Source: a virus
IMG/VR virus record: IMGVR_UViG_3300002461_000266
Coordinates: 1-43,380 of that record
Reading direction: 5' to 3' (one strand)
DNA length: 43,380 bases
In this document: in pieces, positions 30,738-38,933 of the stretch
Position numbering within the stretch: position 1 is the first letter of the stretch
Layout of the letters: each line of letters starts with the position of its first letter
Notes under the pieces: generated by a model
Database searches by the model: none
Told to the model about the DNA's origin: nothing
What the model saw: the letters and a program-made list of their open reading frames with translations, nothing else
Program-made: the position numbers and the translations under genes

Positions 30738-31234
30738 TTGGGTTGGAGCAGGGCGTTCTTGGCGGTGCTGCCGGAGCTGGAGCCAAACCAGAAGTTCATG
30801 ATTTGCACTTGCGCTGCGGTCATGACGCCGAGCAGCGGCAACAGCAAGTCCCGATTCTGCAGGGGCACAACCAGTTCGCCGGTGGCAAACTGATACAGCA
30901 ATGCGAAGTAACCCACCGAATATATGGCCGACAATACCATCTGCGGTGCCATGTTAACCTTGGCCAGATCACGCGCGCTCTGCCGATCCTGTGCGGCGAT
31001 CTCTTCCGGCTTGATTTGCAGTTCGGCCAGCTTGGCTTTGAGTTCCAATTCGGCTTTCTTGAGCGCGGCAATCTGCTCCCCGGTCATGTTGCCGGACTGT
31101 AGCACTTCGTTGATGCGGTCGCCCGTGGCGTCGGACATTCCGAGCGCGGAGCCGATGGCTTGAACAGCCATACCGGCTAAGGGACCGCCAAGCACGGTAG
31201 CTACAGTAGGGGCTATTGTCTTTAACCAGTCCAT
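30734..31234 (-). CDS. Holin candidate, 3-TM (GTA_holin_3TM-like; 166 aa)
   Basis: It has an N-terminal TM (IAPTVATVLGGPLAGMAVQAIG), a coiled-coil middle with DRQSARDL, and two C-terminal TMs. It lies next to the endolysin gene. Confidence 0.7.
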   Translation of the reverse strand: MDWLKTIAPTVATVLGGPLAGMAVQAIGSALGMSDATGDRINEVLQSGNMTGEQIAALKKAELELKAKLAELQIKPEEIAAQDRQSARDLAKVNMAPQMVLSAIYSVGYFALLYQFATGELVVPLQNRDLLLPLLGVMTAAQVQIMNFWFGSSSGSTAKNALLQPK

Positions 31235-31258
31235 TGTCGTAGTCTCCCTACGATTTCT

Positions 31259-31618
31259 TCAATATGACCAAACGGTCGGCCGGCCTTCGGTCAGGGCGTC
31301 CAGATGGATGAACCGGCCGCCGCCCTTCTGCTGGACACCGATGCCGGTGAAACCCATGCGCAAAGCTGCAGACAGTACCATGTACGCCTTGCTGCGGTCC
31401 ACGGCAAGGTCGATGGCGCGGCCAGTGGTGTGCGGACCTGTGCGCCCTGTGCCGGACACCCGGGCGTTGTGCTCCGGGCAGCGTGCGGCAGACGACACGG
31501 TCAGCGGGAACCCCACGGACACCCGCAGGGCTTCGACCTTGTCCATGAAGTCCTGAGCCGGGAGCATGCCGCAGCCACACTTGCAGGTCAGTTCGGCCTT
31601 GGAGAAATGCGGCGTCAT
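31259..31618 (-). CDS. Endolysin, peptidase M15 (zinc D-Ala-D-Ala carboxypeptidase-like; 119 aa)
   Basis: FSKAELTCKCGCG N-terminus, with metal ligands in HTTGRAIDL (H-x6-D) and RFIHLD (H-x-D), typical of Peptidase_M15_3 phage lysins. Confidence 0.85.
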   Translation of the reverse strand: MTPHFSKAELTCKCGCGMLPAQDFMDKVEALRVSVGFPLTVSSAARCPEHNARVSGTGRTGPHTTGRAIDLAVDRSKAYMVLSAALRMGFTGIGVQQKGGGRFIHLDALTEGRPTVWSY

Positions 31619-31926
31619 ATCCGCTTCCCCACGGGCTTGAACGCGGCGATCGGCAGCGTGCCGCGGTCGCTCGTCTCGTCAATCAGGAACACCTGGGTAG
31701 GGTCCGAGGGGTCGACCGTCCAGCAAAGCGACAGCTTCACGCCCTCCCAGACGATCGTGCCGGCCCGGAACTGGCTCTGGAACTCCGGCTTAATCAGGCG
31801 GACAACCTTGGCCTCGGTGCAGGCTTTGTCGGACAACCGCACGACGCCCTTGCTCAATCGGATTTCGACCTCGGCCGCGTGAACGGTTGAGGCCACCAGA
31901 AGCAGACATGCAAGCAGGGTTTTCAT
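31615..31926 (-). CDS. Secreted (Sec signal peptide) protein of unknown function (103 aa)
   Basis: MKTLLACLLLVASTVHA|AEVE is a classic n-h-c signal with an AxA-like cleavage site. ATGA overlaps at both ends. Confidence 0.75.
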   Translation of the reverse strand: MKTLLACLLLVASTVHAAEVEIRLSKGVVRLSDKACTEAKVVRLIKPEFQSQFRAGTIVWEGVKLSLCWTVDPSDPTQVFLIDETSDRGTLPIAAFKPVGKRI

Positions 31927-32264
31927 ACGGATCCTTTCGGCCAGCCCATCTCGATTTCGATTGCACGGGCGGCCTCGATGAAGTCGGTGCCGTGCGCGTA
32001 GCTCGGGGGAACCTTGTCGTGGCCGAGCGCCACATGCAGCATTTCGTGAGCCAGAATCTGCAGCATCATGTCGAGGCTCTTGGTGTCCTGGGTATCAACC
32101 CAAATGCAGTGCTGACCGTCTATCGCGCCGTGGTAGCCGTGCGCCTTCAACGGCTTGGCCACGAACTCGACACTCTTGGCCGCGGGGAGACGGCGGTCGT
32201 TGTTGAACGCCAGCCGCTTGAGAAACGTGTAGGCCGCGCGCAGATCGTCGGACGTGAATCTCAC
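31923..32264 (-). CDS. SprT-like zinc metalloprotease-domain protein (113 aa)
   Basis: HEMLH (HExxH), followed by ...HG..F, as in SprT-like domains. Confidence 0.7.
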   Translation of the reverse strand: MRFTSDDLRAAYTFLKRLAFNNDRRLPAAKSVEFVAKPLKAHGYHGAIDGQHCIWVDTQDTKSLDMMLQILAHEMLHVALGHDKVPPSYAHGTDFIEAARAIEIEMGWPKGSV

Positions 32265-32554
32265 TTGCGTTCCCGTATCAGGTCGGCCAGGCGGTCGAAC
32301 TTGGCGTCGAAGTGGCGGTGCAGGCTGTCCACTTTCTCAAACAGATTGATCTCGGTTTCCCGGCGCTCCATTCGATCCTTGTCCGCACGGGCCACATACT
32401 CGTCAAAGGTTTTCTGGTTCACCTTGCCCTCCTCCAGCTTGGCGATGCGCCCCATCGTGGTCGTCCAGAGCCAGATGCCGACAGCCGCAATGCCGCCAGC
32501 CACCCAGGATAGGACTTGGCCAAGGAATGAATTCTCGTCGGTGGGGGTTGCCAT
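32261..32554 (-). CDS. N-terminal-TM, coiled-coil protein (97 aa); i-spanin-like architecture
   Basis: Internal ATG (32554) of track ORF 32261..32581, 1 nt after the upstream stop. It has a TM segment (VLSWVAGGIAAVGIWLWTTT) and then a charged helix. Confidence 0.65.
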   Translation of the reverse strand: MATPTDENSFLGQVLSWVAGGIAAVGIWLWTTTMGRIAKLEEGKVNQKTFDEYVARADKDRMERRETEINLFEKVDSLHRHFDAKFDRLADLIRERK

Positions 32555-32555
32555 G

Positions 32556-32897
32556 TCAGCAGTGCTTCCCTTTAGGATCAAATTGGTTTAACAGGTGCTC
32601 GCAAATCCAAGCCGCAGTTGCCTCGCGCCATGAGCCGGAGGGTTCCGTGTTCTGCATCCTCTTTAGGGTTCCGGTCAACAGCCAGTCACGCGGGAGACGC
32701 ATGAAAATCGCGCAGGCCAGCAGGTTCAGCACGGCGTCGAACACGTAGCCAATGGGCAGCACGATCAGGTAGGCGTTGAACTTGGCGAACGGGTGCAGGT
32801 CATGCCGCACGCGCGACAGGTTCATGATCGCCAGATACAGAATCCAGCAGATCACGAAAATCGCGTAGCAGGCGGCGATGACTGCAACGAGGCTCAC
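32556..32897 (-). CDS. Multi-TM membrane protein (113 aa)
   Basis: GTGA overlap with the upstream stop. It has three hydrophobic segments and a C-terminal Cys-containing tail. Confidence 0.7.
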   Translation of the reverse strand: MSLVAVIAACYAIFVICWILYLAIMNLSRVRHDLHPFAKFNAYLIVLPIGYVFDAVLNLLACAIFMRLPRDWLLTGTLKRMQNTEPSGSWREATAAWICEHLLNQFDPKGKHC

Positions 32898-33193
32898 AGC
32901 TTCGCCCGCTCCGCGCGAATGGCCTGCTCCGTTTCAAGAACGCGCTTGTAGAACACCGTCTCCTTGCCAGCGGGGAACGCCTCGCCTATGGTCTGGATCA
33001 GTTCGCGTAGCGCCCGGTGTGTGATCGGGTTCTCGCGTTCGATCTTCACGATGGTATCGACCGGCGTTTCGGGCGGGTCGATGAACGCCAGCACTTCCGG
33101 CGCGTCGTCGCGCTGTTCTTCCTCGGCCACGCCCGGCTGCTTTACGGCGTAGACGCCCTTGATTTTTCCCTGATCGTCGCGTTCAACAAACAT
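32894..33193 (-). CDS. Hypothetical protein downstream of the tail fibre (99 aa)
   Basis: The ATG at 33193 follows GAGGA. The track ORF 32894..33376 extends into the tail-fibre gene. Confidence 0.65.
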   Translation of the reverse strand: MFVERDDQGKIKGVYAVKQPGVAEEEQRDDAPEVLAFIDPPETPVDTIVKIERENPITHRALRELIQTIGEAFPAGKETVFYKRVLETEQAIRAERAKL

Positions 33194-33204
33194 GGCGATT
33201 TCCT

Positions 33205-34710
33205 CTACAGATTGTGGTCGATCCAGCCAAGCGTCGCGATACGCACGTGGACGTTGGCGTCCGACCCGCTGACGCGGGAGCGAATCTGCGCGGACGTGTT
33301 CGTGAACACCCGCTGCTGCGTGAAACTCTGCGCCGCGCCGCCCGCGCCGTTCGACCCGAGCGCGCCGTTCCCCCACAGCGGCGCAGCGGTTGCAGACGGC
33401 GCTTCGTCGTTAACGGCGAGGCTGCTCAGATAAAGCCCGCCCGAAACGCCGGTGCCGGAGTTCGTGTAGCCCGCGTTGACGATGGCCTCGACTACGACGT
33501 TCAGCGGCAGCGACAGCGTCCGAGTGACCGCCGCCGTTCCGGGGTTGTTGGCGTTGACGTCAAAAATCGACGCCTTGTAATTAAAGATGTTTTTGTTTTG
33601 GACGAAGCCGCGGATGGCGCCACTGGCCCGAACGATGGAGCCGACATAGCGCAGGTAGATGTAGTCCGCGCCTCCGGTTTCGGCTTGGAGTGCCGCCAGA
33701 ACAGTCGCCTCAGTTGCGCCGGGGTAAGCGTAGAAGTCCGCGTCTGCCCCGTTGGCCTTCCACACCATGAAGATGTTGTAAGTCGTGTCGCTTATCGCCG
33801 CGCCCGAGTAGCGCATCCCGTTGCCGGTGCCGGGCGACCAGTTGGCGTCGAGGAGCTTAGTCCTGGCGTCGATGTTCGCGCGGCTTACCCGCGTCGAGTT
33901 CCACCGAGCGCCAGCCGTGAAGTCGATGTCGTTGGTGGCGTCAGAAGCGTTGTTCGATAGAATGACGCCGAACTCGGGACGCAACGCAGGCAGCAGGCTT
34001 TGCACGTAAGTCGCGCTTGTAGCTTCGTTGCCGGATGGTGTTGTGACGGGCAGAATGGGCTTGCTGCTGAAAGTCTTTACGCCACCTACCGTTTCGTTTC
34101 CCGTAAGACCCACGGCGCCCAGCGTGGTTCGGCCATCGGCTGCGGAAGTGTCGTCCAGCAGCGTTTCCATGAAGCTTGAAACCGGCACCGCCCCTGGAGT
34201 GCCCGAACTGGCGATCATTTCCTTGTTGGCATCAAAGGCCAGGAACTTGCTGGCCCGATCGAACGGTAGCACGGTCAGCGCATCGGAAGCCGTTTCCACA
34301 GCGGGGATGGCGACGCCTCGGCCAGAGGTTTCGCTGATCTGCTGCGCGATCATGGTCAGCTTGTCCAGCGCAGTCTCGGAGACTTCGGCGTCGTTGATAT
34401 TGCCGTTGACGAAGTCCGCATCCTGCCTCAGCGGCAGGATGCGCCGGATCAGCAGAGTCGTGCCAACCGCCGGAGCACCGTATGGCGCGAAGCCGCCCGC
34501 TAGGTTGACCGTGCCCGTGGCCCCGGTGGACGAGCCGCCTGACACCGTGTATTGCGTGCCTTCCGTCAGCGTAGTCGCCACGCCAGCGGTGCTGAACACC
34601 TGAACCACCAGATCCGTCGACTCGTAGAACACGACAGGGCTGGTGCCGAAGCTGGTCGTGACGCCATCTCCGGAGAAGGACTTTCGGTTGGTCGTGCTCG
34701 CTACGGTCAT
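33205..34710 (-). CDS. Tail fibre with T7 gp17-type N-terminal adaptor domain (501 aa)
   Basis: The N-terminus (FSGDGVTTSFG...VVFYESTDLVV...LLIRRILPLRQDADFVNG...ALDKLTMIAQQISE) fits the Phage_T7_tail pattern. The C-terminal half is Gly/Ala/Asn/Thr-rich and receptor-binding-like. Confidence 0.85.
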   Translation of the reverse strand: MTVASTTNRKSFSGDGVTTSFGTSPVVFYESTDLVVQVFSTAGVATTLTEGTQYTVSGGSSTGATGTVNLAGGFAPYGAPAVGTTLLIRRILPLRQDADFVNGNINDAEVSETALDKLTMIAQQISETSGRGVAIPAVETASDALTVLPFDRASKFLAFDANKEMIASSGTPGAVPVSSFMETLLDDTSAADGRTTLGAVGLTGNETVGGVKTFSSKPILPVTTPSGNEATSATYVQSLLPALRPEFGVILSNNASDATNDIDFTAGARWNSTRVSRANIDARTKLLDANWSPGTGNGMRYSGAAISDTTYNIFMVWKANGADADFYAYPGATEATVLAALQAETGGADYIYLRYVGSIVRASGAIRGFVQNKNIFNYKASIFDVNANNPGTAAVTRTLSLPLNVVVEAIVNAGYTNSGTGVSGGLYLSSLAVNDEAPSATAAPLWGNGALGSNGAGGAAQSFTQQRVFTNTSAQIRSRVSGSDANVHVRIATLGWIDHNL

Positions 34711-34734
34711 TTTGATCTCCTACTTTCTATGGTA

Positions 34735-37260
34735 TCACTGGACGGAATCGGTCGGCGGCAACCAAAACGTCTGGTTGTTGTCGCGCTCGACCTGCCGTTC
34801 GTAACGCCTTAAATATCCGGGGTTTAGGGCTTCCATGACGCCGTTCAGGACAAGGTAATCCAGCGCCGTGCGGGCATAGAAGATATTGGCAAACGGGGTG
34901 CTGCCGACCACAGCGCGGACTGCCTTGGCCCGTGGATCGTCGCCATCACGCGCCGCTTGCAGGACACCGACGTATTGCTCCAGCAGTCCTGCGGCCGGGC
35001 CAGCCAGCGTGCCGACCAGACCGCCGCCGAACCGATTGGCTTCCGCAAACAGAAAGTCGCCGTAGAGGCCGAAGCCGCCACCCTGCATCATGGACGCCAT
35101 CACCATCTTGCCCCAGTCGCCCGCATCCTCCATCTCCCGAGGGTTGCGCCCCTTGGCGAATTCCTTGGCGGTCAGCGCCACGTAGCCCAGGACCGACGTG
35201 CCGACAATCAGGTTGGCAAAGGCCGCGGCGTGCATCGTTTCGTTGCGCTTGAACTCGCGGCCAAAGTGTCGCACCAAATAAGTAATCGGGAACTGCTTGA
35301 ATTGCATCACGTAGCGCACCGCTTCACCCAGCGGCGTGCCAGCCGAACTGCCGCCCGTGGCCAAGGCGCGTTCCCGCGCGCCAGCGAAGGTCATGGCTTC
35401 ACGAACTTGGTCCGTGTAGTAAGCGCCCAGCGTGGTTTTCAGGTTCTCGCGGGCTTCCTTGACTGCACGGGCGGAAGCGTCGGCCTTGCCGAGATAGGCC
35501 CGGATGTCCGCGTCGGTCAGCGTGTTGACCGCGTCCGGGGTCAGGTAGGTCTTGCCGTCCGCCTCGAAACCTTGCGCTTTGCGCAGCAGGTTCCAGGTCG
35601 GTTCGTTGATGCCGTATCGGTTGAGCGTAGATTGCAGCAGCCGGTCGAGTTGGCCGAAGGCTTTACCCGCCGCCATCTGCGCCGACATATTCCGCGCCAG
35701 CATGATGCCGACGCCACGGGACATCGCGTCCGTCCACCACGTCAAGCCTGTCGCCTTGAAGAACACGTTGCTCATTTTCGTCAACGTGCCCGGCACGCTG
35801 TCAGTCGCGTGGAATCGCTCGAACACGCTGCCCAGCATCCCGTCAATACCTGCGCCCAGCAGGTCGCCCACTTCCCGCTGCGCGGTGCCTCGGAAGTTGC
35901 CGAACAGAGAGTCCAGCGAGTTGCCGTACGCCTCAAACAGATTGACGCCGTTGTGCCGCAGCACCGACGCCCGGATGGCGATGTCCGGAATGGACGACAG
36001 GACGACGCCGCCCAGCTTGGCCATCGAGATCACGGAGCGCACGCTGCCGTTGATGGCCGCTGCTGTCGGGCTGCCTTGCTGCAGGACGCCGCCGCTGATC
36101 TGGTCGAACTCGGCTTGCACCAGCGGGCTTTGCAGTTTCTGCACGTCCTTGATGTCGGATTTCTTCTGCGCGGCCTTGATGCCTTTGTCGATGTCAGCAC
36201 GGAACGCAGCTTCCGGGTTCGTGCCAAAGGTGCGCATCAGCGCGGTGTTGCGCGCGGCGAAGCTGAGTCCGTCCAGCACCGATTCGTAGAGCGACGCGCG
36301 GCCGAACTCGTTGTTGTAAGCCAGCCACTCGTCCGGCCCCTTGAAGATCAGGACACGCTCTTGGCTGACCCGCTTCGCCAGATTGCCGGAGCCTTTGAAC
36401 CCGCCCATTGCGTCCGAGCCGCCGTCGGCTTTCATGTGCCGCCCGCTGGCTAGGTTGACGTAGGTCATGCGCAGGAACTCGTCGCGGTCGAAGGCGTCGT
36501 CAAACGTGCGCTCGTCCAGCAACGGCAGTATCTTAGCCTTCCAGACCTCGAAGTGCCGCGGGTCGCCGGTCGGCACGAACATCCCGGCCGCTTTCGCCAC
36601 CTTGATCTGGTCATGGCTTTGGCGGGCAACGTAACCTTCCAGCTTGCGAATGAAGGCGCCCGCGTCGTTCTGTAGGACACGGGCCGCCTCGGTGTACTTG
36701 ACGAAGATTGCTGCGACCGCCTTGGCGTTCGGGTCGCCGGTCGGCTGCACGTTCTTGGCGCCGTTGACAATCGCCATCTCTCGGGCGATGCTGCGCTCGA
36801 ACTCGGGGTTCTTCATCAACGCCACGTCCAGCAGCCCGGCGCGTTGCAGTTCCGCGGTCATGGGACCAATCAGTTGCGTTGACTCGATGGAGTGCTTGAC
36901 AGCGTCCACGCTGCGACCAGCGCCTTCCCACGGGCCTTCACGGCCCACGGTCAGCATCCGGATAGCCTCGGAACGCTTGACGCCCTTGGCTTCCATCTGC
37001 TTGTAGAAGTCCTCGCGCACCGCCGTCCGGGCTTTGTTGATCGCCTCGTTGCGGCGCTCAATCAGCGCAGCCAGTTTCTTCTCCGACGCCAGATTCTCGG
37101 CAGCCGCAATCATGGCCTGCTCTTGGCTCATGCCGGGATTGTCGCGCAGCTTGGCTTTGGACCGGCGCTCCAGCAACTCGAAAATATCCTCAAGTTGCTT
37201 GGCCGTGCCTTCCTCGCCCAGCACTTCCTTGACCGCGTTGATGCAATCTTGCGACGCCAT
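34735..37260 (-). CDS. Large internal virion/ejection protein (841 aa; T7 gp16 position, part 2)
   Basis: The ATG at 37260 overlaps the upstream TAA (TAATG). The track start at 37299 lies inside the upstream gene. Assignment is by size and position only. Confidence 0.7.
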   Translation of the reverse strand: MASQDCINAVKEVLGEEGTAKQLEDIFELLERRSKAKLRDNPGMSQEQAMIAAAENLASEKKLAALIERRNEAINKARTAVREDFYKQMEAKGVKRSEAIRMLTVGREGPWEGAGRSVDAVKHSIESTQLIGPMTAELQRAGLLDVALMKNPEFERSIAREMAIVNGAKNVQPTGDPNAKAVAAIFVKYTEAARVLQNDAGAFIRKLEGYVARQSHDQIKVAKAAGMFVPTGDPRHFEVWKAKILPLLDERTFDDAFDRDEFLRMTYVNLASGRHMKADGGSDAMGGFKGSGNLAKRVSQERVLIFKGPDEWLAYNNEFGRASLYESVLDGLSFAARNTALMRTFGTNPEAAFRADIDKGIKAAQKKSDIKDVQKLQSPLVQAEFDQISGGVLQQGSPTAAAINGSVRSVISMAKLGGVVLSSIPDIAIRASVLRHNGVNLFEAYGNSLDSLFGNFRGTAQREVGDLLGAGIDGMLGSVFERFHATDSVPGTLTKMSNVFFKATGLTWWTDAMSRGVGIMLARNMSAQMAAGKAFGQLDRLLQSTLNRYGINEPTWNLLRKAQGFEADGKTYLTPDAVNTLTDADIRAYLGKADASARAVKEARENLKTTLGAYYTDQVREAMTFAGARERALATGGSSAGTPLGEAVRYVMQFKQFPITYLVRHFGREFKRNETMHAAAFANLIVGTSVLGYVALTAKEFAKGRNPREMEDAGDWGKMVMASMMQGGGFGLYGDFLFAEANRFGGGLVGTLAGPAAGLLEQYVGVLQAARDGDDPRAKAVRAVVGSTPFANIFYARTALDYLVLNGVMEALNPGYLRRYERQVERDNNQTFWLPPTDSVQ

Positions 37261-38933
37261 TAAGATTTCCTCATTCCGCAGGCTGCCGCCGCTTTCCATG
37301 CGCGGGCGAACAGGTTGGCTTCCTTGGTTGCGTCCTTGACGGCCTGGCTCGGCTCCGTGCCTTCCGGCAGGTAACTCTCCAACTCATTCACTTCCTGCTC
37401 CACGCGGGAGACTTCGTCGTCAATGTCGACCGTCTTGGACTCCGCGGCCACTCGGGCCTCGGCTTCCGCCATGCCCTTCTGGTCCACCGGGTCGACGTAG
37501 GCTTCGTGCGCCTTGTCGACGGCTTCGCGCAGGCGGGTGTCGCGCTCTCCCGTGAACGCTTCGACCGCCCGACCCTGCACGCTGGCAGAGCGGGTGTCGA
37601 TGGCGAACTCCTGATCGTAGACGCCCTCGGCCACGGCGCGCACGGCTTTGTCGACCGCTTGCTGCCGGACTTCCGGAGTCGCGCCTTCCAAGCCCTGCAG
37701 CGCCTCGTCGACCTTGCGCACCACGTTGTCCTTGCCCGCCCGGACGACTGCCATCTGGGCGGCTTCCGCGAAGTCCTTGGGCGCTTCGTCGTTGGCGATC
37801 TTGGCAAGTATGGCCTGCGCAGCAGCACGGGTTTCCGGAGCGATGTCGTCGGCTTCTTTCAGTCCGGACAAGAAGATGCGATCCTCGGCAGTGCGCATGA
37901 AGCCCGGTTTGCGCAGGACTTCGACCGCCCGCTTCATCTCCGGCGGCAGCTTGCCGGCAGCGTCAATTGTGGCCGTCGCGTCACGCAAGGCCAGGATGTC
38001 CTCGGCAGTGCGCAGGAACGCCGGCGTCTGCCCGATCTCGGCCAGTCGCAATTGCGCTTCCGCCAGCTGGGTCGCCCGCGTCAGCACTGCGGTCGTGCGC
38101 TCCAGCACCGGCGCGATGTCCACCGGACGGCCCTCGACGATCTGCGCGACGGCGGTGCGCAGCAGCGCGGCTTGGTCCTGCACCGGCAGGTCGTCGATCA
38201 GCTTGGGCAGCGCTGGAGCTTCCGCCCGTGCCCGCAGCCGGTCGCCCACGAAGCCCGCGCCAAAATGCAGCCCACCGCCGATGGCCGTGCCGAAGGCAAT
38301 GTTGAGCACGCTGTCAACGGCGGTGTAGTCGGCTTGTTCCTCGCGGGCCACAGAAAGCACCAGCGGCTCGATCAAGGCGGCACCCACAGCGCCCTCTATC
38401 GCGCCCGTGGCCGCCCGGCCTCCGCCTACCCCGAGACGGGCCGCCAGCGCAGCCTGCCGCGCTTGGCCCACGACAGGCACGAAGGCCAGCCCGATGTTCA
38501 GGGGATCCAGTAGCGACCCTAGAACGCCCGCCGTCAGCGCAGTGCCAATGCCCGCATTGGCGCGGCGGCGAATGTCCTGCAGTTCGATCTCGCGCTGTTT
38601 CAGGCGGAACAGTTCTTCGGCCACCGGTTCGGGCGTTTCCGCCTCGAACGTCAGCCGGCCCTTGATGCCGTAGCGACTGTTGGCCTCCTCCGAGGACAGC
38701 ATCGGCGCTTTGACGGCCGGGGCGACCTGCTCGTTGCCGAACTCGTCGACGTAGCGCCCCTCGCGGTAGCGGGCGCGGCCCATCGCCCGGAGCGCGGACG
38801 GCACCGGGTTTCGGGTCAGCGTCTCCTCAAAGGCTGCGCCGAAACCCTCGCCAAAGGTGGCAGGCAGGATGTCCAGCCCGAGCGCCTGCGCCCGGACGTT
38901 GCCTTGTGCTTCGGGGAAGAAAAGGTCAGACAT
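37260..38933 (-). CDS. Internal virion/ejection protein with Gly-zipper membrane segments (557 aa)
   Basis: The 1-nt TGATG overlap indicates translational coupling. Hydrophobic Gly-rich stretches are present (GIGTALTAGVLGSLL, AFGTAIGGGLHFGAGFVG). Confidence 0.7.
   Translation of the reverse strand: MSDLFFPEAQGNVRAQALGLDILPATFGEGFGAAFEETLTRNPVPSALRAMGRARYREGRYVDEFGNEQVAPAVKAPMLSSEEANSRYGIKGRLTFEAETPEPVAEELFRLKQREIELQDIRRRANAGIGTALTAGVLGSLLDPLNIGLAFVPVVGQARQAALAARLGVGGGRAATGAIEGAVGAALIEPLVLSVAREEQADYTAVDSVLNIAFGTAIGGGLHFGAGFVGDRLRARAEAPALPKLIDDLPVQDQAALLRTAVAQIVEGRPVDIAPVLERTTAVLTRATQLAEAQLRLAEIGQTPAFLRTAEDILALRDATATIDAAGKLPPEMKRAVEVLRKPGFMRTAEDRIFLSGLKEADDIAPETRAAAQAILAKIANDEAPKDFAEAAQMAVVRAGKDNVVRKVDEALQGLEGATPEVRQQAVDKAVRAVAEGVYDQEFAIDTRSASVQGRAVEAFTGERDTRLREAVDKAHEAYVDPVDQKGMAEAEARVAAESKTVDIDDEVSRVEQEVNELESYLPEGTEPSQAVKDATKEANLFARAWKAAAACGMRKS

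Noticed and set aside
31615-31926. The secreted 103-aa protein as an o-spanin lipoprotein (LLAC could be read as a lipobox).
   Set aside because: The Cys is residue 7, which is too close to the N-terminus for a lipoprotein signal peptide. A standard Sec cleavage site (VHA|AE) follows the hydrophobic core.
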